From the NCBI GenBank assembly GCA_038245785.1, contig JBBRSB010000009.1:67397-131396 (forward strand): DNA of 64,000 nt, in the 5' to 3' direction. The notes beneath the pieces are model-generated. The model had not been told where the DNA came from, did no database searches, and worked only from the letters and a program-made list of their open reading frames with translations. Each line of letters begins with the position of its first letter. Positions within the stretch are counted from its first letter, which is position 1. The DNA comes from Gloeobacterales cyanobacterium (GTDB lineage Bacteria; Cyanobacteriota; Cyanobacteriia; Gloeobacterales; PMM-0068). The translations under genes were made by a program, and so were the position numbers. Positions 10,133 to 19,266 of this stretch are shown here, in pieces.

Positions 10133-11083
10133 GTGGCTTCATCATTCACCAACATTCTTGAGAAGACCTCTGTAACGAACAGAGCGACGCTGGCCCTGGC
10201 CCTTGCTTCCGTGGCTTGGGGACTCTGGTGGCTACCGCTCCACTGGCTCAGCGATAGGGGATTATCCGGTTATTGGCAAGGAGTCATACTCTATGGCAGT
10301 GGGGTGCTCATACTCGCTCTTCCCCTGTGGCAGCGACGCCAAAAGGTAGATCTCATAGCTCCTTCGCTATGGGTGATTAGCCTATTTACGGGTACAGCCC
10401 TCGCTATGTACAACGCAGCGCTACTCACCGATGAAGTGGTACGCGTAACCCTGTTGTTCTACCTAAATCCGATTTGGTCAACTGTCCTTGCTTTGATAGT
10501 GCTGAAAGAGCCCATTCGGTTAATCCGGATTGCCTCCGTTGCTGTTGGCTTACTAGGGGCAGCCGTCGTATTAGGAAGCAATGGTGGAATTCCGATGCCC
10601 CATTCCTTAGGAGAATGGATGGGCCTCTTTGCAGGCATAGGCACCGCTATCGGTTCGACCTATGTCCGCAAGGCAGAATTAACTGAAGGGACAGTATCCC
10701 TCGGCGGTCTTGAACTAACCTGGACTACCTTTCTAGTGGCGAGTGCGGTGGGTATTTTATTTGCCTTGACGCTGCCTTCAACCAGTTTGGGCGGACTTCC
10801 TTCCAGTAATATTTTTTGGAGTATATTGCCGTGGGCGGTAGCAATTACGATGGGCTGGTTACTTCCTCAAACCTGGTTCTATTTTTGGGGTGCTAAGCAC
10901 CTTGATCCAGGACGAGTATCCCTCTTAATGCTGCTGGAAGTACCTGTTGCTGCCATTAGTGCAGCGATTGTCCTGCATACACCGATTGGTTGGAACGAAG
11001 TTATTGGTTGCGCTTTGGTAATTCTGGCAGGTTCGGCTGAATCCCTATCTCATAGATCCTCTCAGCTCTCAGTCAAAGATTAA
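10133..11083 (+). CDS. EamA/DMT family transporter
   Basis: About 10 TM helices, two-repeat architecture, LLFYLNPIW, LLEVPVA. Confidence 0.85.
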   Translation: MASSFTNILEKTSVTNRATLALALASVAWGLWWLPLHWLSDRGLSGYWQGVILYGSGVLILALPLWQRRQKVDLIAPSLWVISLFTGTALAMYNAALLTDEVVRVTLLFYLNPIWSTVLALIVLKEPIRLIRIASVAVGLLGAAVVLGSNGGIPMPHSLGEWMGLFAGIGTAIGSTYVRKAELTEGTVSLGGLELTWTTFLVASAVGILFALTLPSTSLGGLPSSNIFWSILPWAVAITMGWLLPQTWFYFWGAKHLDPGRVSLLMLLEVPVAAISAAIVLHTPIGWNEVIGCALVILAGSAESLSHRSSQLSVKD

Positions 11084-11148
11084 TCGCCAAGGTGTGCGCA
11101 CTCCTGAGAGAGAATATAGCGGTACAAAATCTTTGTTTGCGGTAACCG

Positions 11149-11499
11149 ATGGCTCAAGTACTCCAGGTTGACACTGCCCAAAAGACACTCCATTTCGGAG
11201 AACAAACTGCACCGTTAACCAGTCCAATGGCGGACCTCCTGATTGAAGCGCTATTAACAATGCTCCCCGCCGAGAAAATGCCGATGATGGCTCCAACTAC
11301 GACCCGAGGCTATACGCTGGCGAGTATTTCCCAAGAGGACTATGACCAATTGGTTACCCTGGTAGCTGAAGTCAATCAAACTTTTAACGGGGAAGAAGTC
11401 CTACGCCTGAATTTTCGAGCCCGAGGAGCAGGAGAGCCCCTACAAGCCAAAATTCTCTTGGGCGAGAAAAGTGTGGTGAAGAGCGTGGCTAGTCTATAG
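11149..11499 (+). CDS. hypothetical protein
   Basis: 116-aa ATG ORF with ordinary composition filling the gap before the tRNA; no family recognised. Confidence 0.6.
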   Translation: MAQVLQVDTAQKTLHFGEQTAPLTSPMADLLIEALLTMLPAEKMPMMAPTTTRGYTLASISQEDYDQLVTLVAEVNQTFNGEEVLRLNFRARGAGEPLQAKILLGEKSVVKSVASL

Positions 11500-11555
11500 T
11501 TGATGAAGCGAAAAGCCCCCTGTCATACTAGGCTTCTCGCATTCCAGTGCATCGT

Positions 11556-11630
11556 GGGCGATTGGCTCAGTGGTAGAGCACTCCCTTCACACGGGAGGGG
11601 TCACGTGTTCGAATCACGTATCGCCCACCA
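11556..11630 (+). tRNA. trnV: tRNA-Val(CAC)
   Basis: GGGCGAT/ATCGCCC acceptor stem, GCTCAGTGGTAGAGC D arm, CTCCC-TTCACAC-GGGAG anticodon arm, GTTCGAATC T loop, encoded CCA. Confidence 0.96.
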
Positions 11631-11635
11631 TTTTT

Positions 11636-11661
11636 AAACCCGCATTGGTTGCGGGTTTTTT
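11636..11661 (+). terminator. intrinsic terminator after the tRNA
   Basis: AAACCCGCA-ttggt-TGCGGGTTT followed by a T run. Confidence 0.8.
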
Positions 11662-11693
11662 GATTTCATAACGGATCGTAGCTAGTATTAAAG

Positions 11694-11921
11694 TCATGGG
11701 TGATAGGCCATGATGACAGTTTTCTTACCAGCACTGTAGATGGATTCAACTCTGCGGAAGGTGTCATGAGTCCACCAGATTTTTATTCGATTCCCTTGGG
11801 CTGGAGCACTGCCCATTTGGGAATAACCTGCGGTGGTCATTAGTTGTTCAAATGCTGTAGCTGTTAATGTCTTGGATTTAATCTGTGGAACACCATCAAG
11901 CGTGTGCCTGTCGAGGGTCAC
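11694..11921 (-). CDS. small hypothetical protein (second gene of a coupled pair)
   Basis: 75 aa; GTG start overlaps the upstream TGA (GTGA). Confidence 0.6.
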   Translation of the reverse strand: MTLDRHTLDGVPQIKSKTLTATAFEQLMTTAGYSQMGSAPAQGNRIKIWWTHDTFRRVESIYSAGKKTVIMAYHP

Positions 11922-12175
11922 AAAGGATCGTAGCTCCCTTGATAGGTTGTGAAAATGCGATATCCGGGGAGAACTAACGCCACACCAACGGGGCTATGGA
12001 TAATTCCCGAATAGCCTTCTTCGGCTTTACATCCCCCTAACCTAAGTTTTATCGGACCAAGCCAGAGGTAAAGGCCAGGAACCAAAGCATCCATACTGTA
12101 CGTGATCGCCTTCATCGCAGCATCAGAGGCAGTTTCGAGTGGTTTACTTTGGTTGGAAGAAGTACGGGAAGTCAT
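11918..12175 (-). CDS. small hypothetical protein (first gene of a coupled pair)
   Basis: 85 aa, ATG start, 4-bp overlap with the downstream ORF. Confidence 0.6.
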   Translation of the reverse strand: MTSRTSSNQSKPLETASDAAMKAITYSMDALVPGLYLWLGPIKLRLGGCKAEEGYSGIIHSPVGVALVLPGYRIFTTYQGSYDPL

Positions 12176-12258
12176 GAGCTGAGTAGCTGTGCTTTATTTA
12201 ATTATCGTACACACAGTAAAACCCGCCAAGAATATTCAACTGCATTGTCACTTCATAC

Positions 12259-12405
12259 GGGCTACCGTGTACATTCATCTTGGAATCGCCCCCCTGCCCC
12301 CAATTCTGGGGGGTTCTGACTCAAAGTCCCCCAGAATTGGGGGATTTAGGGGGCGGTTCAGATGAAGATTGGAGTTATTTACGACTTGTATGTACACTAA
12401 AGCCC
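12259..12405 (+). mobile_element. MITE-like element, copy 2, with imperfect terminal inverted repeats
   Basis: Ends GGGCTACCGTGTACA ... TGTACACTAAAGCCC enclose the same double-hairpin core as 1026-1103. Confidence 0.75.
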
Positions 12406-12461
12406 CTTGCCACTAGGCGCAGCCTTCCCGGATGGTGGGGTAGTGCAATCATTTCAAACTT

Positions 12462-12860
12462 TTAATGTGATTTACCATCGCTACCAAAGTATTCCCGATA
12501 ACCACAAATTTTGTCTCCACGCACATCAAAGGACAGAGCTATCCGATTTTTGTAGGTTTCGCTTCGCATCATTCCCTCATCTCGAAACTCAAATACAACC
12601 GTTGTTTCATTGCTCGTAACACGCTCTAAACTGGTCATTTTAATTGTTTGCCCAAACACTTCAGAAACATAATGAAAAAAAGCTTTCGCCCTTTCTTTCC
12701 CAACATTTAACCCGTGGTATGGCCCCATCGGAAACCAAAAAGTAAAGTCTTCTGTGAGCATATCTAACATAGGGTTCCATTCCCCAGTTGCCAAACCATG
12801 ATGTAAGCTTTCAAATGCCTGATGAGCAACTTTTAAAGTGTTTTCTGAACTTTCTGTCAT
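12462..12860 (-). CDS. NTF2/SnoaL-like family protein
   Basis: LTEDFTFWFP, VVFEF, FDVRGDKI..YREYF. Confidence 0.85.
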   Translation of the reverse strand: MTESSENTLKVAHQAFESLHHGLATGEWNPMLDMLTEDFTFWFPMGPYHGLNVGKERAKAFFHYVSEVFGQTIKMTSLERVTSNETTVVFEFRDEGMMRSETYKNRIALSFDVRGDKICGYREYFGSDGKSH

Positions 12861-12878
12861 TGCTATCTCCTGAAATGA

Positions 12879-13892
12879 CTAGAATTTGACCACTACTTTG
12901 CCACAATTTTGCCCACTCAGTAGGTATTCAACAGCGTTAGGAATGGATTCTATGCCCTTAAACTGAGTTGGGTCGATAGCCACTTTGAGTTTGCCAGAGT
13001 AGAAGAGTTCTAATAGGCGAGTACGTGCTTCAGCAGCGTATTCTTGATAAAGAGGCATAAGAAAGCCACGGACAGAAGCAGCTTTCCAAAACAGTTTGTG
13101 ATAAATGCGAGGTTGTACGATTTCCTCTGTACTTTTGCCATATTCAGAAATAAAGCCAACTACGATTAAACGTCCCCTAATTGCCAAATTTTCTACGCAT
13201 GTATCAAAAACTTGTTTCCCGACACAATCAAAAACTAAATTAATGCCCTTGGGATATTCGCTTTTGAGGACTTGATCGAGGTTTTCCCTACGGTAGTTAA
13301 TAATACGATCACATCCCAACTTTTTAAGCAACGCTACTTTTTGTTCAGATCCACAGGTACCAATTACATGATTACCCGCTAACTTTGCTAATTGCACTGC
13401 GATATGCCCCGTTCCTCCTGCTGCCGCCGTCACCAAAATTACTTCATTGCTTTTCATCTCTCCAACTTGTTCTAAAGCTACGAGCGCTGATATTCCTGTA
13501 GGCATGAGGGTTAATACTTCTGAAGTTGCTTGACGAACTTTAACAGCAAGGTTGGCATCGATAGTCTGGTATTCCCGATAACCTCCCCCCCGCACGGTGG
13601 TGACTACAGCATCACCAACTTGAAAAGCTTGGACCTCATCCCCCACCGCTATCACTTCGCCAACAGCTTCTACACCCAAATCAAAAGGAGGAGTTAAGTT
13701 AATGTAAGGAACTTTTCCCTGACAAAGCAAAGTATCAAAACCACTATTAATGCCAGCAAATTTATTCTGAATTAAAAGTTGACCAGTCGAAGGTTTAGGG
13801 ATAGGAATTTCGACAATTTTAACGGCAGATTTAAAGTCTTGGTTAACTTGATTTGCTATTAATTTTCTGTAGGTTTTTGCGTTCGTTTCCAA
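12879..13892 (-). CDS. MDR-superfamily NADPH oxidoreductase (zinc-free, prostaglandin/enone reductase-like)
   Basis: AGIN, PPFDLGVEAVG, LVTAAAGGTG, GFISEY, GKVVV. Confidence 0.88.
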   Translation of the reverse strand: METNAKTYRKLIANQVNQDFKSAVKIVEIPIPKPSTGQLLIQNKFAGINSGFDTLLCQGKVPYINLTPPFDLGVEAVGEVIAVGDEVQAFQVGDAVVTTVRGGGYREYQTIDANLAVKVRQATSEVLTLMPTGISALVALEQVGEMKSNEVILVTAAAGGTGHIAVQLAKLAGNHVIGTCGSEQKVALLKKLGCDRIINYRRENLDQVLKSEYPKGINLVFDCVGKQVFDTCVENLAIRGRLIVVGFISEYGKSTEEIVQPRIYHKLFWKAASVRGFLMPLYQEYAAEARTRLLELFYSGKLKVAIDPTQFKGIESIPNAVEYLLSGQNCGKVVVKF

Positions 13893-13925
13893 ATCTTACA
13901 CTCACCTTACTGTTTAATTTTACCG

Positions 13926-14723
13926 TTAACCTAAAGCTTTATCCCACTCTAACTGATGTGCTAAACCATACTTGATAAAATCTTCTTCTTGAGCTTGATC
14001 GCTTTTACCAAAAACACCTAAGCTGTAAGGATTATCTTGCATACGTTGTGTAACCTGTTCTTTCTCAAATCGGCTCGCTTCCTCTCTAGGCATATCCGGT
14101 TTAAAAAAGTCCACGACCAAAACAGTTCTTTCATAATCGGTGTAATTGTGTGGACAGTGGGGATAGCTGTGATCTAAGACCATGAATTTCCCCTCATGCC
14201 AATAAAGCTTATCGTGGCATATTTGCATAGCTACATCCCCTTCTGGCACGATCAATCCTAAATAGCCACGATTCATGTAAGAGTTATAGTTTACATGAAG
14301 CTTGATATCTAACCCTGGATGAAATGTACCAAAATAAACATTTCTGATGATCTTATCTTCAACCAAATTCACCTGTGCAATTGCTTCAGCTAAATTAGAG
14401 AAATATTTTTTTCTTAAAGTTAGTGCTTTCTCTGAAGCCTCATTTGTTCCATAATCTGGATAGTGTATTTGATGTACTTGAATATATTCTTCAATCAAAA
14501 GGCCTTGAAATAAAATACCAAAAGCGCTGTATTTTGAAGTGCCTTTAGTCTTAATTGTTTTGCTTTTAGGTCCTAAAACGTCATAGGCAAATTGCAGCTC
14601 CTTGTCAGATGCCTGCTTCATAAAGCCTGTAAACTCATCTCTAATCACTTGCCAGCTATCTTGAAAACTTTTGAGAAAGGGGAACTGATCTGGATTCAGA
14701 TGATATTCATTAGATCTTTCCAT
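13926..14723 (-). CDS. aspartyl/asparaginyl beta-hydroxylase-like Fe(II)/2OG oxygenase
   Basis: W.VIRDE, PG.DIKLH, R.YLGLIVP, W.EGK..VLDHSYPH, R.VLVVD. Confidence 0.8.
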   Translation of the reverse strand: MERSNEYHLNPDQFPFLKSFQDSWQVIRDEFTGFMKQASDKELQFAYDVLGPKSKTIKTKGTSKYSAFGILFQGLLIEEYIQVHQIHYPDYGTNEASEKALTLRKKYFSNLAEAIAQVNLVEDKIIRNVYFGTFHPGLDIKLHVNYNSYMNRGYLGLIVPEGDVAMQICHDKLYWHEGKFMVLDHSYPHCPHNYTDYERTVLVVDFFKPDMPREEASRFEKEQVTQRMQDNPYSLGVFGKSDQAQEEDFIKYGLAHQLEWDKALG

Positions 14724-14860
14724 TGGCTTTTATCCTGAAGGTGGCTGCATAAAAAACTGTTACATAGAGAGGGGACTTGGTTAACGTTCCGGTACGATGT
14801 TGAGATTGTTGACTTAACCAGAACTTTGGCTTCTGTACTCATTTTAGCGTGAGGTTTACT

Positions 14861-16329
14861 GTGTCTGAAGCTCCTGTATTAGATCAAATTATCAAAAATG
14901 TGCAGGTAGTTCGTCCCCATCAGAATGCAGTCGAAATCCTTGATTTAGGGATTAAAGATGGCAAATTTGCCCAGATTGCTCCGAATATAAGCTCAGATGC
15001 ATGTAGAGAAATATTTGATGCCAAAAATTTGCTGGGCTTCCCTGGGGTAGTAGATGGGCATATGCACATCGGTATCTATCAACCCCTCGATCAAGATGCT
15101 GTGACTGAAAGCAAAGCCGCTGCCATGGGAGGAGTAACTACCAGCCTAAATTACATCCGCACAGGCCAGTATTATCTCAATAAAGGTGGTTCTTACAAAG
15201 ATTTTTTCCCTGAAGTTTTGGCCCTATCACAAGGGAATTTTTTTGTTGATTATGGCTACCATATTGCCCCCCTTAGTTCGACTCATATCGATGAGATGCA
15301 AATGCTATTTGAAGATTATGGGATTGGGTCCTTTAAAATCTTTATGTTCTACGGCGGCTATGGTTTGCATGGCCTTTCCGGTCGACAAAATCTCTTTTTG
15401 ATGATTAACAAAGAGGAAAGCTATGACTTTGCTCATTTTGAATTCATTATGCGCGGTCTGACCAAGCTTAAAGCATTGTATCCAGAAGCAAGCGATCGAC
15501 TTAGTCTCAGCCTCCATTGTGAAGTTGCAGAAATCCTTAACGCCTACACCAAAATAGTCCAACAAGACTCCACCCTCACAGGTTTGAAAGCTTACAGTGC
15601 AGCGCGTCCACCCCACTCTGAAGGGCTAGCGATCTGCATTGCTTCTTACCTGGCACACGAAACTAATTGCCTCAATATAAATTTATTACACCTCAGTTCT
15701 CGCAAAGCTATAGAAGCGGCTTTGATGATGCAAACCACTTTTCCGCATATCAATTTCCGAAAAGAAGTAACCGTTGGACATCTTTTGCTAGATGTAGATA
15801 CCCCCACAGGCAAATGGGCAAAAGTGAACCCCCCAATCCGTTCCCGTGTAGACGTAGAATACTTGTGGCAAGCCGTACTCAATCGCCAAGTTGATTGGAT
15901 TGTCAGCGATCACGCCTGTTGTTCAGCCGAAAAGAAAGCTAGTCGGAAAGACCCCAATAATATATGGCTGGCTAAATCAGGTTTTGGGGGACAGAATACC
16001 TACTTTCTGGAGTGTTTAGTGAAGGCTGTAAGCGAGGGATGTCCTACAGTCACATGGCTGAGTTACTAAGCTGGAATCCGGCCCAAAGGTTTGGCTTAAA
16101 TTCAAAAGGGGATATCGCAGTCGGTTACGATGCCGATTTAGTACTGTTAGACCCCGATGAAACCTTTGTTGTTCGCGCCGCTGAGTCGGAGTCGCAACAG
16201 GGTTACACCCCGTTTGAGGGAATGGAGTTAATGGGACGTGTCAAAACAACCTTTTTGCGGGGAATGAAAATTTACGATCAAGGTCAGATAATGGGTGTGC
16301 CTAGGGGACGCTATTTAAACCGTAGATGA
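14861..16329 (+). pseudogene. allantoinase/dihydroorotase-like cyclic amidohydrolase, split by a 1-bp frameshift
   Basis: PGVVDGHMH, GGVTT, LHCE, KVNPP.R and SDHA in ORF 14849-16069; C-terminal NPA.RFGL..KG.IAVG.DADL in ORF 16012-16329; one extra G in the run at 15986-15990 restores SGFGGTEYLLSGVFSEG. Confidence 0.85.
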
Positions 16330-16381
16330 AATTCATGACTACAATAATTATAAATTTCTCTTCTTAGTTAGGAGGAAAACC

Positions 16382-17314
16382 ATGAATAGTCCACTGCCAC
16401 TTATTATTGAGTGTCGCTGTAATGATTCAGATTACCGTAAGGATAATCCTAATTGCCCCTACGGTCCCCAGGAAATCGTTCGGGAAGCTGTTCGTGCTTG
16501 GGAAGGGGGAGCGTCGATCTTTCACTGGCATGGGCGCAATCCAGCCAGTGGTGAATGGATTAGTGACGTCGAAGTTTACCTTGAAGCTATTCAAGGAATT
16601 CGCGAAAAGACAGATCTGATTATTAATCCGACACTGAACTACGTTACTAAACAAAGCCAGGTCAGTGATCGGGTAAAGCACATCTTGGCGGCGAAAAACG
16701 CTCCAGAGTTAGGAGTTGATATGGTTCCTTTAGAGTTTGGCTCGCTGAATATAGACTACTGGAATCCAGAGACAAAGCAGTTTCAAACATACGATCAAGT
16801 ACATATTAGTTCTCGCGCTTACATGCAAGAAGTCTTGAAAATACTCAAAGAGAACAACATTTTTGTGAGTACAGTCTGTTGGGATGTGGGACAAATTCGT
16901 ACAGCACGTTGCTTTCAAGAAATGGGACTTCTGTCACAGAATACTTTTTGGGAGTTTGTCTTCACAGGAGAAATTATGCCCAGTGGCATTCTGCCAACCC
17001 TCCCCAATTTACAGGCGGTAGTAGATTCTATTCCTGCAGACGATCCTTGGTTGGTGATGTGCTGGAATGGAGACGTAATGCAGTTGGCAGCCTGGGCCAT
17101 TACCATGGGAGGCCACGTCGGCATTGGATTAGGAGACGATCCCTATATCCGCTTTGGCAAGCCCCATAATGGCGAGTTAGTGGAAAAGGTTGCACAGATG
17201 GCGCATACACTCGGTCGCGGAGTGGCGACGCCAGCCCAAGCCCGCGAGATTCTAAAGATGCCGCCACGAGCTTCTCTTCAGGAAAAGTTATACACAACTG
17301 CTAACCATGCATAG
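16382..17314 (+). CDS. beta-keto acid cleavage enzyme family (BKACE/DUF849, Kce-like)
   Basis: NPNCP..PQEI...A..AWEGGASIFHWH.R, GSLN, GGHV.IGLGD, N.ELV, ATPAQAREIL. Confidence 0.88.
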   Translation: MNSPLPLIIECRCNDSDYRKDNPNCPYGPQEIVREAVRAWEGGASIFHWHGRNPASGEWISDVEVYLEAIQGIREKTDLIINPTLNYVTKQSQVSDRVKHILAAKNAPELGVDMVPLEFGSLNIDYWNPETKQFQTYDQVHISSRAYMQEVLKILKENNIFVSTVCWDVGQIRTARCFQEMGLLSQNTFWEFVFTGEIMPSGILPTLPNLQAVVDSIPADDPWLVMCWNGDVMQLAAWAITMGGHVGIGLGDDPYIRFGKPHNGELVEKVAQMAHTLGRGVATPAQAREILKMPPRASLQEKLYTTANHA

Positions 17315-17329
17315 AGACCTAGAATGCTG

Positions 17330-17346
17330 GGTGGGCAATGCCCACC
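17330..17346. repeat. REP-like palindrome
   Basis: GGTGGGC-AAT-GCCCACC intergenic palindrome of a type common in filamentous cyanobacteria; single copy in this window. Confidence 0.5.
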
Positions 17347-17380
17347 TGAAGGGAAATGTAACTGTGATTGCTGAAGAAGA

Positions 17381-18202
17381 ATGAATCAAAAGATTAAACG
17401 AGCTTTTTTAGACACAGAAGATGGACAGATTCTTTATCGCATTGGCGGCGAGGGTGAACCTCTGCTTTTGCTGCACATGAACCCTCGCAGTAGCGATGAA
17501 TATCGTGAGTTGATGCCCATCTTTGCTAAGAATAGACGGATTATAGCCATGGATTTGATGGGCTTTGGCGATTCTGACAAGCCAGCCAGAATGTATGCCA
17601 TTGCTGACTACGCCAAAACGGTGATCGCACTTTTAGATGAATTAGGCATAAAAAAGACGAGCATTTTTGGAAATCATACGGGTGCTTTTGTAGCGGGGGA
17701 GGTAGCAGTTGCCTATCCCGATCGCGTTGATAAACTGATCTTGGGTAATGTAGCTGGTTTTGGTGAAGGAGGACAGGCAGAGCTATTCAGAAGATTCGGG
17801 GAAGGTTTTAAAATCAAAGAAGATGGCTCTCACCTGATGGAAAGATGGTTAGCCCGTTCTCGATACATAGGCTCTGCTGAATTAAATCACCGTTGGGTTT
17901 TAGATGATTTAAAGTGTTTTGGTCATCCTTTATATGCAGTTTGGGCTGTAGGCCATTACTGTCTAGACGCACCGGAAAGATTTCGTTCCATCGAGTGTCC
18001 AACCCTGATTATCTGGGGAATTGATGACATGAAGGAATTCGAAAGACAGAGTTTAGCGAAAGTCAACGATCGCTATTTTCTTTCTCAATCAATTCCTCAT
18101 GGCAAAGTAGTTGAATTTGAAAAAGGAACCATTTGCATGATGAATCAGATGCCTGAGGAAGTGTCGAAGGTAGTAATTGACTTTTTGAACGACTCAGAAT
18201 AG
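17381..18202 (+). CDS. alpha/beta-fold hydrolase with non-canonical catalytic motifs
   Basis: PLLLLH, D.MGFGDSD, A..YPDRV..LIL, CPTLIIWG; nucleophile elbow reads GNHTG. Confidence 0.85.
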   Translation: MNQKIKRAFLDTEDGQILYRIGGEGEPLLLLHMNPRSSDEYRELMPIFAKNRRIIAMDLMGFGDSDKPARMYAIADYAKTVIALLDELGIKKTSIFGNHTGAFVAGEVAVAYPDRVDKLILGNVAGFGEGGQAELFRRFGEGFKIKEDGSHLMERWLARSRYIGSAELNHRWVLDDLKCFGHPLYAVWAVGHYCLDAPERFRSIECPTLIIWGIDDMKEFERQSLAKVNDRYFLSQSIPHGKVVEFEKGTICMMNQMPEEVSKVVIDFLNDSE

Positions 18203-18210
18203 TTCAACTT

Positions 18211-18666
18211 CTAATTCTCCAAAACCGCTGTACATTTAATCTCAACAATTAGGCCCGGTGTCGATAATGCCGTTATACCCACTCCTGTCCACGTGGGGAA
18301 ATTATTCACGAAATAACGATCTTTTACTTCGATAAACAGGGGCAGATGCGGAATAGTGAATTGTTGTTCTGCAACATCAGATAGCTGGGCTTGCATATTG
18401 CCGAGATTTACCCCTGTCACATGATAAGTGACCATCTCTACCACATCGTCAAAAGTAGCTCCTGCCGCTAAAAGCACCTTTTTCACATTCTCAAACGTCT
18501 GGACAAATTGGGCTTCTGTTCCCTCCACTACCTGTAAATTTTCATCGCGTCCCACCTGTCCTGAGATATATAGTGTGCTCCCTACCTTAATGCCAGGGCA
18601 GTAGTGAAACTTTTCGTATAAGACTTCCATCCCTTTGGGAATAATGACTTCGCGTGTATTGCCCAT
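18211..18666 (-). CDS. RidA/YjgF family protein
   Basis: LYISGQVG, FENV..VL.AAGATFDDVV, PTWTGVG...L..PG..VEI. Confidence 0.88.
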   Translation of the reverse strand: MGNTREVIIPKGMEVLYEKFHYCPGIKVGSTLYISGQVGRDENLQVVEGTEAQFVQTFENVKKVLLAAGATFDDVVEMVTYHVTGVNLGNMQAQLSDVAEQQFTIPHLPLFIEVKDRYFVNNFPTWTGVGITALSTPGLIVEIKCTAVLEN

Positions 18667-18751
18667 CGCTTATCTTCTCTGATTGATGATTGTAATCAGT
18701 GCTTGCACTTCAAAACCTTGCTTATTTAACCAGATTATCAATATACTTACT

Positions 18752-19198
18752 TTATCGCTTTCGCTCTTCTTGAATAAGGGTGCGTTGATAGATCCTATTC
18801 CCCTTAAACCAATGCCAGGTGCGAGCGCGATAATTATTGCAGGGACTAATTTGAATCATTTCGTACAGGTAGCTTCCTGGCATCCCTTTATAGGAAAAAT
18901 GCAAAATAACCGTGGAATCATCGACTTCCCAGGCTTTGCCATCAATGCGTTCTGTATCAAACCATAAAGCTTTATCCTGATAAGTTCCAGGAAACTTGTG
19001 CTCTTCTTTCTTGCCATCAGACCAAGTGTAGCGATTGGTTTGATAATAGGAAATAGAACTCTTTTTAGGAAACTCACAGGTCAAGTGAGATTCATGCTTA
19101 TCAAGAATATTTCCTGCTAGATCGACGAGTATATATGTACCTATCCAATCTCCTTCATGGCGGGCAAGGACAGGCATTTCTTCTCGGATGGAAGTCAC
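18752..19198 (-). CDS. DUF3598-like, calycin-type beta-barrel protein
   Basis: N-terminal EG.W.G.Y motif, beta-rich pattern, C-terminal R.RTW.WF.....RT.I.E.R. Confidence 0.6.
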   Translation of the reverse strand: MTSIREEMPVLARHEGDWIGTYILVDLAGNILDKHESHLTCEFPKKSSISYYQTNRYTWSDGKKEEHKFPGTYQDKALWFDTERIDGKAWEVDDSTVILHFSYKGMPGSYLYEMIQISPCNNYRARTWHWFKGNRIYQRTLIQEERKR

Positions 19199-19266
19199 GA
19201 TCGCACTCCTTCTATTTACAGTATTTCGTCAATAACTATCTCAGCATCATGAGACCTGTCAATAAT

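Noticed and set aside
12280..12465. 61-aa ORF here and the similar ORF at 40733-40918
   Set aside because: Both are translations of the MITE-like repeat
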